Assembly (NCBI GenBank): GCA_001179505.1
Contig: CDMY01000200.1
Coordinates: forward strand, 62,001 to 126,000
Reading direction: 5' to 3'
From: Vitrella brassicaformis CCMP3155
Lineage: Eukaryota; Protista; Chromerida
DNA: 64,000 nucleotides
Part shown: positions 12,785 through 23,061 of the stretch, one piece after another
Layout: each line of letters opens with the position of its first letter
How positions within the stretch are numbered: the first letter of the stretch is position 1
Notes under the pieces: generated by a model
Told to the model about the DNA's origin: nothing
The model's input: only the letters and a program-made list of their open reading frames with translations
Databases searched by the model: none
Made by a program: the position numbers and the translations under genes

Positions 12785-13432
12785 ATGGCTATGGACAATT
12801 TCCTCAAGTTCTTCACCTGCCAGGTGTGCCAGGAGATATACATACGAATGCAAGTCGTACGTCGCCCCCTGCGGCCACTCCATCTGCCTCGGCTGCTGCG
12901 CAAGCCTCACGGACAACAAGTGAGTGACCGACATGAAGGACCTGGGTACGCCACTCTCACTCGTCATTGTGCAGGTGCCCGACGTGCCGCGTGGCCCTTC
13001 CGCCCGCGAGAGAGCGCAAGTTTAGCGTGGATCTGCTGAATGCGGCGCTGAGTGTTGAAGGCGTCACGGAGAGGGAGCGGGAGAAGATCGCCGAGGGGGC
13101 GCCGGCCAAGTTCAGGCAGGAGAGCACCGTCATCGCGCTATTCGTCAAGAACCTCAAAGGTGCGGCGGTTGAGAGGGCGGCGTGGCGCCTCAGGTGGCCC
13201 TCTTCCACGTGTGTCCGTGTGTTCAGGTGCAACGATGTGCTTTGACATCCGTCCGTCGGCCACTGTGAGGAAGCTCAAGGAGATGGTGAAGGACCGAGAG
13301 GGCATCGAGATTGCCCACCAGCGGCTGATCTATGCGGGCAAGCAGCTGGACGACAATGACAAGACGCTCAGGGACTACGGCATCCAGAAGAACGACACCG
13401 TGCACCTCGTCCTCCGGCTGAGAGGAGGCTAA
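12785..13432 (+). pseudogene. RING-ubiquitin fusion, copy 1, RING exon frameshifted
   Basis: [17 protein letters not shown] is followed by a net 2-bp loss (TACATACGAA vs TACTCGGACGAA in copy 2) that breaks the RING frame. Exons 2-3 are intact and end HLVLRLRGG*. Confidence 0.85.
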
Positions 13433-14366
13433 GCGGACTGATGGCCCATTCATTTATCAGTGTGACCCACCCGTCGTCAATGCCACTGCATGCGCACTGT
13501 ACTCTCTTCTTGATGGCATCTCTTTTTTGACGCAGCGCAGCCAGCAGGGAAGTTTCTCGTGTGTGTATTGTAGCGGTGGTGGTGATGCGGTCGTGATGGT
13601 GGGGTGTTTGCCGACAGTGGCACACACACGAGAGAGAGTGTTCCTTTCACGTTTATCCCTTGGACACCTTTTTCACTGTCCGACAGCACGGGTGAGGTTG
13701 TGCGTAGAGGACTCAGCGTCGCACAAGAGGTGACGCCCGTGTGTGTGGCCGATCGTATGAAGGGACATTCATTAATGCATTCGTCGTATGCACACTCACG
13801 AGAGAGAGATAGAAGAGATCCCTTGACACACAACACAACACACATGCACACGCTCACACGCCCTACACAGCCCCCTCCGGTGACAGCAAACGTCTGCTCA
13901 CATGCAGGCAGCAGCTAAGCCATCGCCGTACGTGTCAGTGGCTGGGTGAGTGATCACGCGATGACATCCCCCATCGACCCTGCCTGCCTCCCTCCGCCCC
14001 GCCCTCTCTACTCCCCCACCGCCCGGCGCCATCCAGAGAGATATACCACGCCAATGGCAGACAGACACACAGGCGGGAAGCAGAAGCAATCGATCAAAGA
14101 GCACCAGCCGTTCCCTCCAGCCTCCCCCGCCCTCATCTTTCTGTGTGCCTCTCTCATGCGACGCGCTTGATGCCTCGTCACATTCAGCTCCACCACACGT
14201 CAACCAAACACAGCCACGTCCAACCGACCCACACCCCTCACGCCACAACACACCACACACACAGCCCACCACTACTGTCCATTGCATCATCGCCATTCCC
14301 GCTGTCCGCTGCTGATGTGGGCTGGTGTGAGTTCTGGGCCGCTGCTGGTGCTGGTGCTGGTGTGGG

Positions 14367-16727
14367 CTACCGGAATGCGGCCCCCAGCTGCTGCCATGTG
14401 AACTGGCAGTCGGCATCGCCCAGATGGGTGTTGAAGCCCTTGACCACCGCCCCATCCGCCAGCCCCCACTTGGCCGCCTCGTCCAGCCTGGCCCGATGCA
14501 CCACCTCAGGCAGACCCACACGGCCACGTGTGTGCACCGCCTCACGCGGACGGCTGTCGACACCCTCCAGCTCGAAGCACCGCAGCTGCGGCACACGCAC
14601 CACCTGGCCGCCCACATCGGCCGTCCCGCCCACCACCTCCCTGTTGCTGCTGGCCTGGTACACTGCCGACTTGACGAAGCGCTCCGCTGCCGCACACACA
14701 CGGCGGGCCATGTCGCTGTGCCGCACACCGATGGCCTCACTGACGGCCTCCTGGGCGGCATCCATGTCGAAGAGGTATGACGCGATGCGCCAGCCAAAGA
14801 CGGGGGCCTCCTGCGGGCCGACGGCCAGCCGGGGGGTCAGGAGGGCCGCGAGGGAGCGGTGGGGGGCGAGGGCGGCGTTGACGGCCACCATGACGGCAGC
14901 GGGCAGCTCGTTGAGCACCGCCGCATGCTCCGTCAGCACCAGCTGGCGGCCACGGCGGTCCCTTTGTGTGACTGTGGAGATGGTGTTGATGTCGGCCCCC
15001 GCCCGCAGCAGGCTGCGGATGGTGAGCTTGTAGTTGTCGATCTTGGCTCGATACCGCTCCTTGGCCGGCTCTGGTGTGTCCGGGTCCTGGAGCAATTGAG
15101 TGCGGTGGTCGAGCTCGTAGGCAGCCCAGGCGAGGGGCGTGTCGCCAGAGTTGTCCCGTCTGTTGATCTCGGCAGCGGGCAGCTTGCGGCAGAGGTAGTC
15201 GGCCACGTGGGGAGAGCCACACTCTGCCGCCCAGTGCAGTGGCGTCCATCCGTTGCCGTCGGCTGCCGTCATGTCGGCCCCGTTCGCCGTGATGAGATCC
15301 AGGTAGCTGTCGATGAAGCACTGGGGATAGCGCCCTTCCGCTTGTATGGCTGCCCTGTGCACCAGGTTTTTGCCCCAGACGTCTCGTTCGGCAGCGAGGG
15401 TGGGGTCTCGTGTGATGAGTTGCCGATACATCGACAGCAGCAGCTCCAGATACTGCGGGGGAGGCGGACGCATGGCATAGGGCAGCTCCATCACCATGGG
15501 TGCGTCTGGTGGACGTAGGTCGATTCCGTGCCGCGCCGTCAGGATGTCGAATGCCGTCCGGTTGCCATACGCAATCGCCAATTGGAGGGGCGTCTGTTGG
15601 GGATGATCGGCTGCCGCATTGGGGTCGGCTCCTCCGTCGAGGAGTGCGATCAGGACGGCCGATTGCAGCTCGTCAGACGACCACTTTGGCAGGCAGACAA
15701 GACGGTCATCACCCTCATCGGCTTCTGCTTGGATGGTCGGGACGGCATAGTCCGAGTTGTTGTCAATGGCGAGATGGACCAGCGAGTAGCCGTAGACGGC
15801 ACGACGCATGCTGCCCTTCTGCCGCAGTCGAGGCTCCACATGGGGGTCGGCACCCAGCTCGATGAGGTCGGTCGCGTGCTGCGGGGCGGAGATGGTGCGG
15901 CCGATGATGCCCAATGCCAGCTGCTTGGTGACCTCGTTGGTGCCCAGGGGGAATCGAGCCTCGATGTCGTTGGCTCCCACACAGCCGTCAGGCACCTCAA
16001 CCGTGGTGGCCACCAGCACAGGATGGCCTGCAACACACACACACAGCCACCACACGGCACACACAGTGAAGGAATGTGTGTGAGGATCACATCCTCTCGC
16101 GTCTGTCTGTCTGTCTGTCTGGCGTACCGTCCTCCTCATAGCCGTCGTCTTCATCGCTCTCGTTGTCGTCATCGATGCCGTCGTCGTCGTCGCCCAGCGG
16201 CCCACCGTCGTCATCACTGTCGTCCTGTACACCATCCTGCCACAACAAAGGGAAAAAGTGAGAAACACTGCTGACGGTCGTCGCATGGGGCGGCTGTTGC
16301 TGTCAATGAGTGACTCACCGATTCGGATTCGCTATCAGCTGCCGCCTGTAGACCTTCTCCCTCCTCCTCGGCCATCTCGCCGTCCTCCTCCTCACCCAAC
16401 AAATCTGAAACGAAGACATACCAACACATTCGTCAACAAAGCAAAAATGAGTGTGCCACTGGTGTGTTGATGAGTCTGTGTGGCGTGCTGTTGACTCACC
16501 ACTGTCAGCGTCATTGTCGTCTTGCCCGTCTGGCTGCCCGCCGCCGTTGTTATCCTCCTCAGCCACATCGTCTGCACACACAATCGAAGGCACACACACA
16601 CACACGTGTGGCGCTGATGCTGTGTGTTTGATGTGTCACATTCATCTGTGTGTGGCGTACCCGCATCGCCACCGTCACCGTCCGCCATGGCAGCGGAGGC
16701 CATCTGGCTGTCGTGACCTCCAGACAT
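14367..16727 (-). CDS. Ankyrin-repeat family paralog A2 (apparently intact)
   Basis: Acidic micro-exons from ATG 16727. The large exon lies within the uninterrupted ORF 14367-16286, with TPLQLAIAYGN, WTPLHWAAECGSPHVADYL and DTPLAWAA, plus the family C-terminal domain. Confidence 0.85.
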
Positions 16728-17427
16728 CTCACTCAAACAGACACCAACAGCTGCACCAACCACACACACACAGAGAGGCGACAAGAGATGGGCAGACACC
16801 TGCTGCATGTGTCGTGTGTGTGCTCGCCCACCTAGCTATGAGTCAAATGGTACAAAGGCGCTCAATCAGTCCGCCCCGTCACCAAGGCCGACCTGCACAA
16901 CACGACACCGACACACAAAGGCAGCAAGGCACATCACGACTACTGGTGAACGAATCGCCTGAGCGCGTACCGTCGGGTGGCTCTCTCCTGCTAAGCGCCG
17001 CGATGATTAATTCCCCAGCGAAGGCCTCCGGCGACAGAGAGGAAGGAGGCCCGTCCATGAGGAAACGTCAGAGTGATAGCCAAACGGATGGGCGGAGGGA
17101 TGGACGTGACGTCAGGAGTCCCTCTGGGACGGACGTGACGTCAGGGAGTCCCTCGTCTTTCCTCTCCCTTTTCCCTTTCCCTTTTGCCTGTCTGCGAGCT
17201 TATTCGATCAGACCGGTGCGAGAGCGATAAAGGATCCCGTTTGAAAAGATCTGAGACAGGCAGCACACGAGCAGGCAATCCGGACCGACAAAAGCTGAAA
17301 GTGACGGCGAAAAACCGACCCGAGCGACCCTGGCCGAAGCGACCCAGCCGTCCTTCGTCATTTTGGTTCTCGCGATGGCGCAGCCCCAGTCCGAAGGTAT
17401 CAATGCTCAGATGGGTCGACGCTAACC

Positions 17428-17951
17428 ATGGAAAAGCCGACTGTTGCATGTGTTGCAGCCAAGGCATCTGTGGACGCCGGCGAGTCCGCCACGACCTCTC
17501 AGCAGCAGCAGCCGTCGGGTCCCCTCGCCATGGCAACAGCGGCTGCCGTCGGCACCACGGGCAATGGCAATGGCAACGGCCGATACGGTAAGCCTGACAT
17601 CAGCTGCCGGCGGATGGATGGATGGATGGATGGATGTCCTCTCTTCCGCGTGTTGTCTGTCGTTGCTGCAGTGTCTGTTGGTGAGGGTCGTGTGTACGGG
17701 CAGCGGGAGTGGAAACTGATCACCCCGTGGCTCAAGGGTGCTGCACACACACGGCACACCCACCATCCAGAACGAGCCGTGTTTGCAATGGTCCTTGGCT
17801 GCGTGTGGTCTGTGTGTGCAGTTGGTGACAAGGTGAGTGTGCTGAACGCCAATCCGCTGTACGTGGAGGCCGAGTGCGTCGAGGGCGACCGCAAGGGCGT
17901 CACCGGCAAGTTCATGCCCAAATGCGTCAACTTCGACAACACATTCGTCGG
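17428..17951 (+). CDS. SH3-like 5' exons, copy 2 (fused downstream to histone H1 exons)
   Basis: Near-identical to 6217-6730. All donors are intact (TACG|GTAAG, AAGG|GTGCT, GTCG|GTACGT). Confidence 0.6.
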
Positions 17952-18123
17952 TACGTAACACATTCGTCGGTACGTCGAATGTGTTATCGAAAACTAGGAG
18001 GAGGGGGTGAGGTGGACACACCGACGACCTGGATGGGGGACGCCGCATCAGTGCGTGTGCGTGGGAGACATGGGGTATGGCGATGAACGAGGGTGCTCTG
18101 TGCGTGGGTGTGTGCATTTTCAG

Positions 18124-18708
18124 ATGTTGCTGAGGCCGGCGCTGCCCCGAAGGCGAAAGTAGGCAGCACCACAGCACTACACAGCACCCCTCCATGGCCA
18201 TGCACACCACACACCACACACCACCACACCATACGGAGGGAGATCCAGACGATGACCGTCCTGTGCTCCACCCTTCCCTTGTGTGTCATTGTCGTGTGTG
18301 GTGCAGGCCAAGGGGAAGGGCGAGGCCAAGTCTGGTGGTGGCAAGGCGGGTGCTGCCCCGAAGCACCCTTCGTTTGAGGAGATGATCAAGGAGGCCATCG
18401 GCACACTCAAGGACCAGTCAGGCAGCAGCCTGTTCGCCATCAAGAAGTTCATCCAGGCCAAGTACTCCCTCGACGTCGAGGACGCACGCACCAAGCACCA
18501 CCTCAGCCGCTCACTCTATAAGCCAAGAAACTCATCATGGTATGTACAGGGGGAGGGTAGATGATAATGGTGTGGTGGGATGGTGTGGTGTGGTGTGGTG
18601 TGGTGGGTGCATCTCGACGTGTGGCGTGTGTTGGTGTGTTGTGTGCAGATCAAGGCGTCGTACAAGTTGAACATGAACGTGGGCTGCCAAGATTGGCCGC
18701 CGCTGAGG
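18124..18708 (+). pseudogene. Linker histone H1 winged-helix (H15) fragment with a frameshift
   Basis: [36 protein letters not shown]...HLSRSL and a later exon IKASYKL match the H1 globular domain. The linking KKLIM is in a shifted frame, so splicing gives TG|A stop. Confidence 0.8.
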
Positions 18709-19358
18709 GTACGCACGCACCCCACACAAACCACACACCACACCACACCACACCTTCAGTGTGATGTATGTGTAGTCTGACGACATGAGACACTGATCTC
18801 TATCGTATGCATGTGTGGATGGATGGATGGATGGATGTGTGGATGTGTGTGTTTGTCTTCTCCTTTGCCGCCCTGCCTGCCAATCGATTCGCCGTGTCTG
18901 GGCGTCGCCTCTCCGTTCTTGACCCATGCAGAGCGACGCCTCCTGCCTGCCTGCCTTCTATTCCCTGACTGGCTAAGTCGTCCGTGTGTGTGGTTTGGGG
19001 TGTCCGTGTGTGTGCGTGTGTGTGGACCGTTTGCCGACACTTTGGCATGGAGCGACTGGATGGATGGAGTGAGAATTGATTGATGCACACACAGCAAGTC
19101 ACACGAACGAACAAATACCGCAACAGACAGACATGCCCCCACTCCCTGTCTACTCAGCTAGATGAAGATCATCATGCAGATGACTAATGCATGCGCTGCA
19201 GCAATGACTGACTGTCCATCCAAAGGCATCCCGAATCACGCCATACGACAAACACAGACTTAAGTACCAGCACCTTTGTGGCACCACACGTACCCACTCA
19301 CCTGCAGTCACTCCCCCTCCCTCCCTCCCTCCCTGTGTGTATGGCCAGCAGCCGACCC

Positions 19359-21054
19359 CTACGCCGCCACCTTCTGGCGAACGAGCGCAGCTGTCTGGGG
19401 GTACCGCTCATCTGGGCGGCGCTTCCAAGCAACGGGGGGCTCCGTGGTGCAGATCGTCAGGCGCGAGTCAACGCGGACCAGGAAATCATCGGCCGCCTTG
19501 TCCCCACACAGAATGAGGATCGTCCCATCCAACTGCATACTTGCGCCGTCGACCGACCACTCGTCCGCTTTGCGGCAGCCCTTCCACTGGCCCCGTGGCT
19601 GCCGCATGACGTCTCGGGTGAGCTGGTACTGTTTGGGAGGTGGAATGATGAGGTCATCTGGGAGCGTGAAGTGGGGGCGCAGACGAAAGTCGTTCCCGTC
19701 CACGAAATCCCTGTCGATCAAACGGACGATGATATCCGTGAAGGAAGAGTATACGTACTCGTCACCTGCAGACAGACAGCAGACATGGAAAGGATCCATG
19801 CGCTCTGCGTGATCTCTCTCGGCTGCTCTGCTCACGTTTCGTCGGCGGGTCGGATTCGGTCAAATCGATGCTGACGTACGTCAGCGCACCGGTGTCTGTT
19901 GACCGGTCGGGCCAGCCCAGATAGTCCTGGCCGTTGACACGGCTCAGATCCACACACTGGCGGACACGGTGACTGAATAGCGAGTACTGGCGCACCGCCG
20001 GGGGCCGCGTGTCGAATACCGCCCGGCTGCCCGCTCGCTGGAGATCGTGTGCCGTGATGGTGATGGGCAGAGAGGGGAGGCGGCGGCTGTTCTTGAGGTA
20101 GTAGATGAGCGACACACAGCGGTCCCAGCAGCCGCCCTCCTCGATGACGTACAACACCCGCAACAGATAACCCTCCCTGGTGTCGACCAGCCGCAGCACG
20201 TCCACCAGGTCATACCAGATTAGACGGCACATTATGCCCAGGCAGACCGGCGACAACATGCCGAGATGCCATCTCATGGCGACAATGACCGGCTGAACGG
20301 AAGACTCGTCGCTCGGGGGCCAAATCCAGGAGATGCAGATCTCAGAGATGAAAAGCAACGCCAGAGCACAATCGAAGCAGATCACGCCGCCGGACCGCAG
20401 AAGGTCACATGCGTCGCCATACGCCACCCAAAACTGCCGAAACGCTCGCACGACGAAGGACGCCTCCCCAAGCCATCGGATGGCCACGTCAATCACAAGA
20501 AACGGAACCACCCAGGCGAGAAGGTAGAGAAGCCACTGGATGGGCCACTGAATCCACGGGAACACAGCCAGCTGCTGCACCAGAAACGGTGTCAGGACGA
20601 CGGCCCAGCTGTGGATGGACATGTAAATGAAGATGAAGACGCGGAAACCCACGGCTACTTGAACGAGAGTGGAGACCGCACTGAAGATCGCCGCCATCCA
20701 CTGCAACAGAATCTGCAGGACCGTCTCGCACCGCTTCTGGTAGGTGAGCACTCCACTAAGGCCCTTCTCGCGAATGGCCGCGTCGAGGCGGTGCGTCAGG
20801 TTGACCTCGCTGACCAGCTGGCAGCCGACGCTCTTGGACGAGGCTCGAAGGGCGACGCAGTCATATGCCGTCAGGGAGGCCAGCAGCCGCCTCTCCACAT
20901 CCTCAGGCAAGCCGACCAACGAACACGCATCGGCGTCCGTCTGACGTGCACACACATCCCCACGCAGACCCGACAGACCCAGTGGATGCAGGAGTGGCCA
21001 TGTGTGAGTGGAGTGCTCTCTCACCATCGGTGCCCCTGCTCCGCTACTCGTCAT
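19359..21054 (-). CDS. F-box-like multi-pass membrane protein, copy 2 (intact)
   Basis: Same three-exon structure as copy 1. Continuous hydrophobic region VAVGFRVFIFIYMSIHSWAVVLTPFLVQQLAVFPWIQWPIQWLLYLLAWVVPFLVI. Confidence 0.75.
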
Positions 21055-21508
21055 CAGATCCCGCCAGCTCTACTAGATCCTGCACAAAGCACAGCCACAT
21101 ATATATGTGCACGGCGTGCTGGTTGTGTTGTTGTTCTTCGTGTTACCGTGGGCACTGTGTTTGCGCACCGGCATCTGCCGCGATAAGGATGAGCCCAGGG
21201 ATGCAAGTATCAGTGACTGTCCTCCGTTCAATGACCACACTTGAGAGTCAGATCCGATCAGCTGCGTGCAATGCGCGACAGATCCCCTTTTCTGCCCCCA
21301 TCTCCCTTTCCCCTTCCGCCACGCGAGCTTCGATCGCCTCGACGCGGGAAATTAGGAGGCGGACAGCAGACCCTTCTGAGTAGCTATAAGATGACCAGCG
21401 GGCAAGGAGGCGAACGGAAGCGAAAAGCTTTCATTCGATTCATTAATATTCCTATTCCTGACGTCATGTCGCCTTCTGCCTGGAGCAGCCTTGTGGCCCG
21501 TCGGTAGC

Positions 21509-22161
21509 ATGGATATGGACAATTTCCTCAAGTTTTTCACGTGCCAGGTGTGCCAAGAGATATACTCGGACGAACGCAAGCCGTACGTCGCCCCCTGCGG
21601 TCACTCCATCTGCCTCGGCTGCTGTGCAAGCCTCACGGACAACAAGTGAGTGACCAACATGAATGGCCTGGGTATACCGCCACTCTCACTCGTCATTGTA
21701 CAGGTGCCCGACGTGCCGCGTGGCCCTCCCATCCGCGAGAGAGCGCAACTTCAGTGTGGATCTGCTGAATGCGGCGCTGAGTGTTGAAGGCGTCACGGAG
21801 AGGGAGCGGGAGAAGATCGCCGAGAGGGTGCTGGCCAAGTTCAGGCAGGAGAGCACCGTCATCGCGCTGTTCGTCAAGAACCTCAAAGGTGCGGCGGTTG
21901 AGAGGGCGGCGTGGCGCCTCAGGTGGCCCTGTTCCACGTGTGTCTGTGTGTTCAGGTGCAACGATGTGCTTTGACATCCGTCCGTCGGCCACTGTGAGGA
22001 AGCTCAAGGAGATGGTGAAGGGCCGAGAGGGCATCGAGATTGCCCACCAGCGGCTGATCTATGCGGGCAAGCAGCTGGACGACAATGACAAGACGCTCAG
22101 GGACTACGGCATCCAGAAGAACGACACCGTGCACCTCGTCCTCCGGCTGAGAGGAGGCTAA
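21509..22161 (+). CDS. C3HC4 RING finger fused to a C-terminal ubiquitin domain ending LRLRGG (intact, 173 aa from ATG 21515)
   Basis: Exons 21515-21645, 21704-21888 and 21956-22161 splice in phase. RING: CQVC-x14[10 protein letters not shown]8-CPTC. Ubl: [10 protein letters not shown]...[10 protein letters not shown]...TLRDYGIQK...HLVLRLRGG*. Confidence 0.92.
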
Positions 22162-23061
22162 GCGGACTGATGGCCTATTCATTCATCAGTGTGACCCAAC
22201 CGTCGTGAATGCCACTGCATACGGACTGTACTCTCTTGATGGCGTCTCTTTTTTGACGCTTCCTTCTATTCGATGAGATGAATGAAACGCATTGCCATGC
22301 AGCGCAGTCAGCAGGGTTAATTGTGTGTATTGTAGCGGTGGTGGTGGTGGTGGTGTGGGTGTGTCAGTGGGTTGTTTGCCGACAGTCGCACACAAGAGAG
22401 AGAGAGAGAGTGTGTAAGGCTGTGCGTAGAGGACTCAGCGTCGCACGAGAGGTGACGCCCGTGTGTGTGGCCGATCGTATGAAGGGACATTCATTAACGC
22501 ATTCGTCGTATGCACACTCACGAGAGAGAGATAGAAGAGATCCCTTGACACACAACACAACACACATGCACACGCTCACACGCCCTACACAGCCCCCTCC
22601 GGTGACAGCACACGTCTGCTCACATGCCCGCAGCAGCAGGTAAGCCATCGCCGTACGTGTGAGTGAGTGGGTGAGTAAACACGCGATGACATTCCTCCCT
22701 CATCGGATCCTGCCTGCCTGCCTGCCTCCCTCCGCCCCGCCCTCTCTACTGTCCCACCGCCCGGCGCCATCCAGAGAGATGTACCACGCCAATGGCAGAC
22801 AGACACACAGGCAGGAAGCAGAAGCAATCGATCAAAGAGCACCAGCCGTTCCCTCCAGCCTCCCCTGCCCTCATCTTCATGTGTGCCTGTCTCGTGTAAG
22901 GCGCAGTGGTCTCTATGTGACGCGCTTGATGCCTCGTCACATTCAGCTCCACCACACGTCGATCAAACACAGCCACGTCCAACCGACCCACACCCCTCAC
23001 GTCACAACACCACCACCACACAGCCCACCACTACTGCTCCGTTGCATCATCGCCATTCCAG

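Noticed and set aside
17102-17153. Duplicated TGACGTCA (CRE-like) sites
   Set aside because: This is a short local duplication present only in copy 2; copy 1 has TGACCTCA, so there is no conservation to support function.
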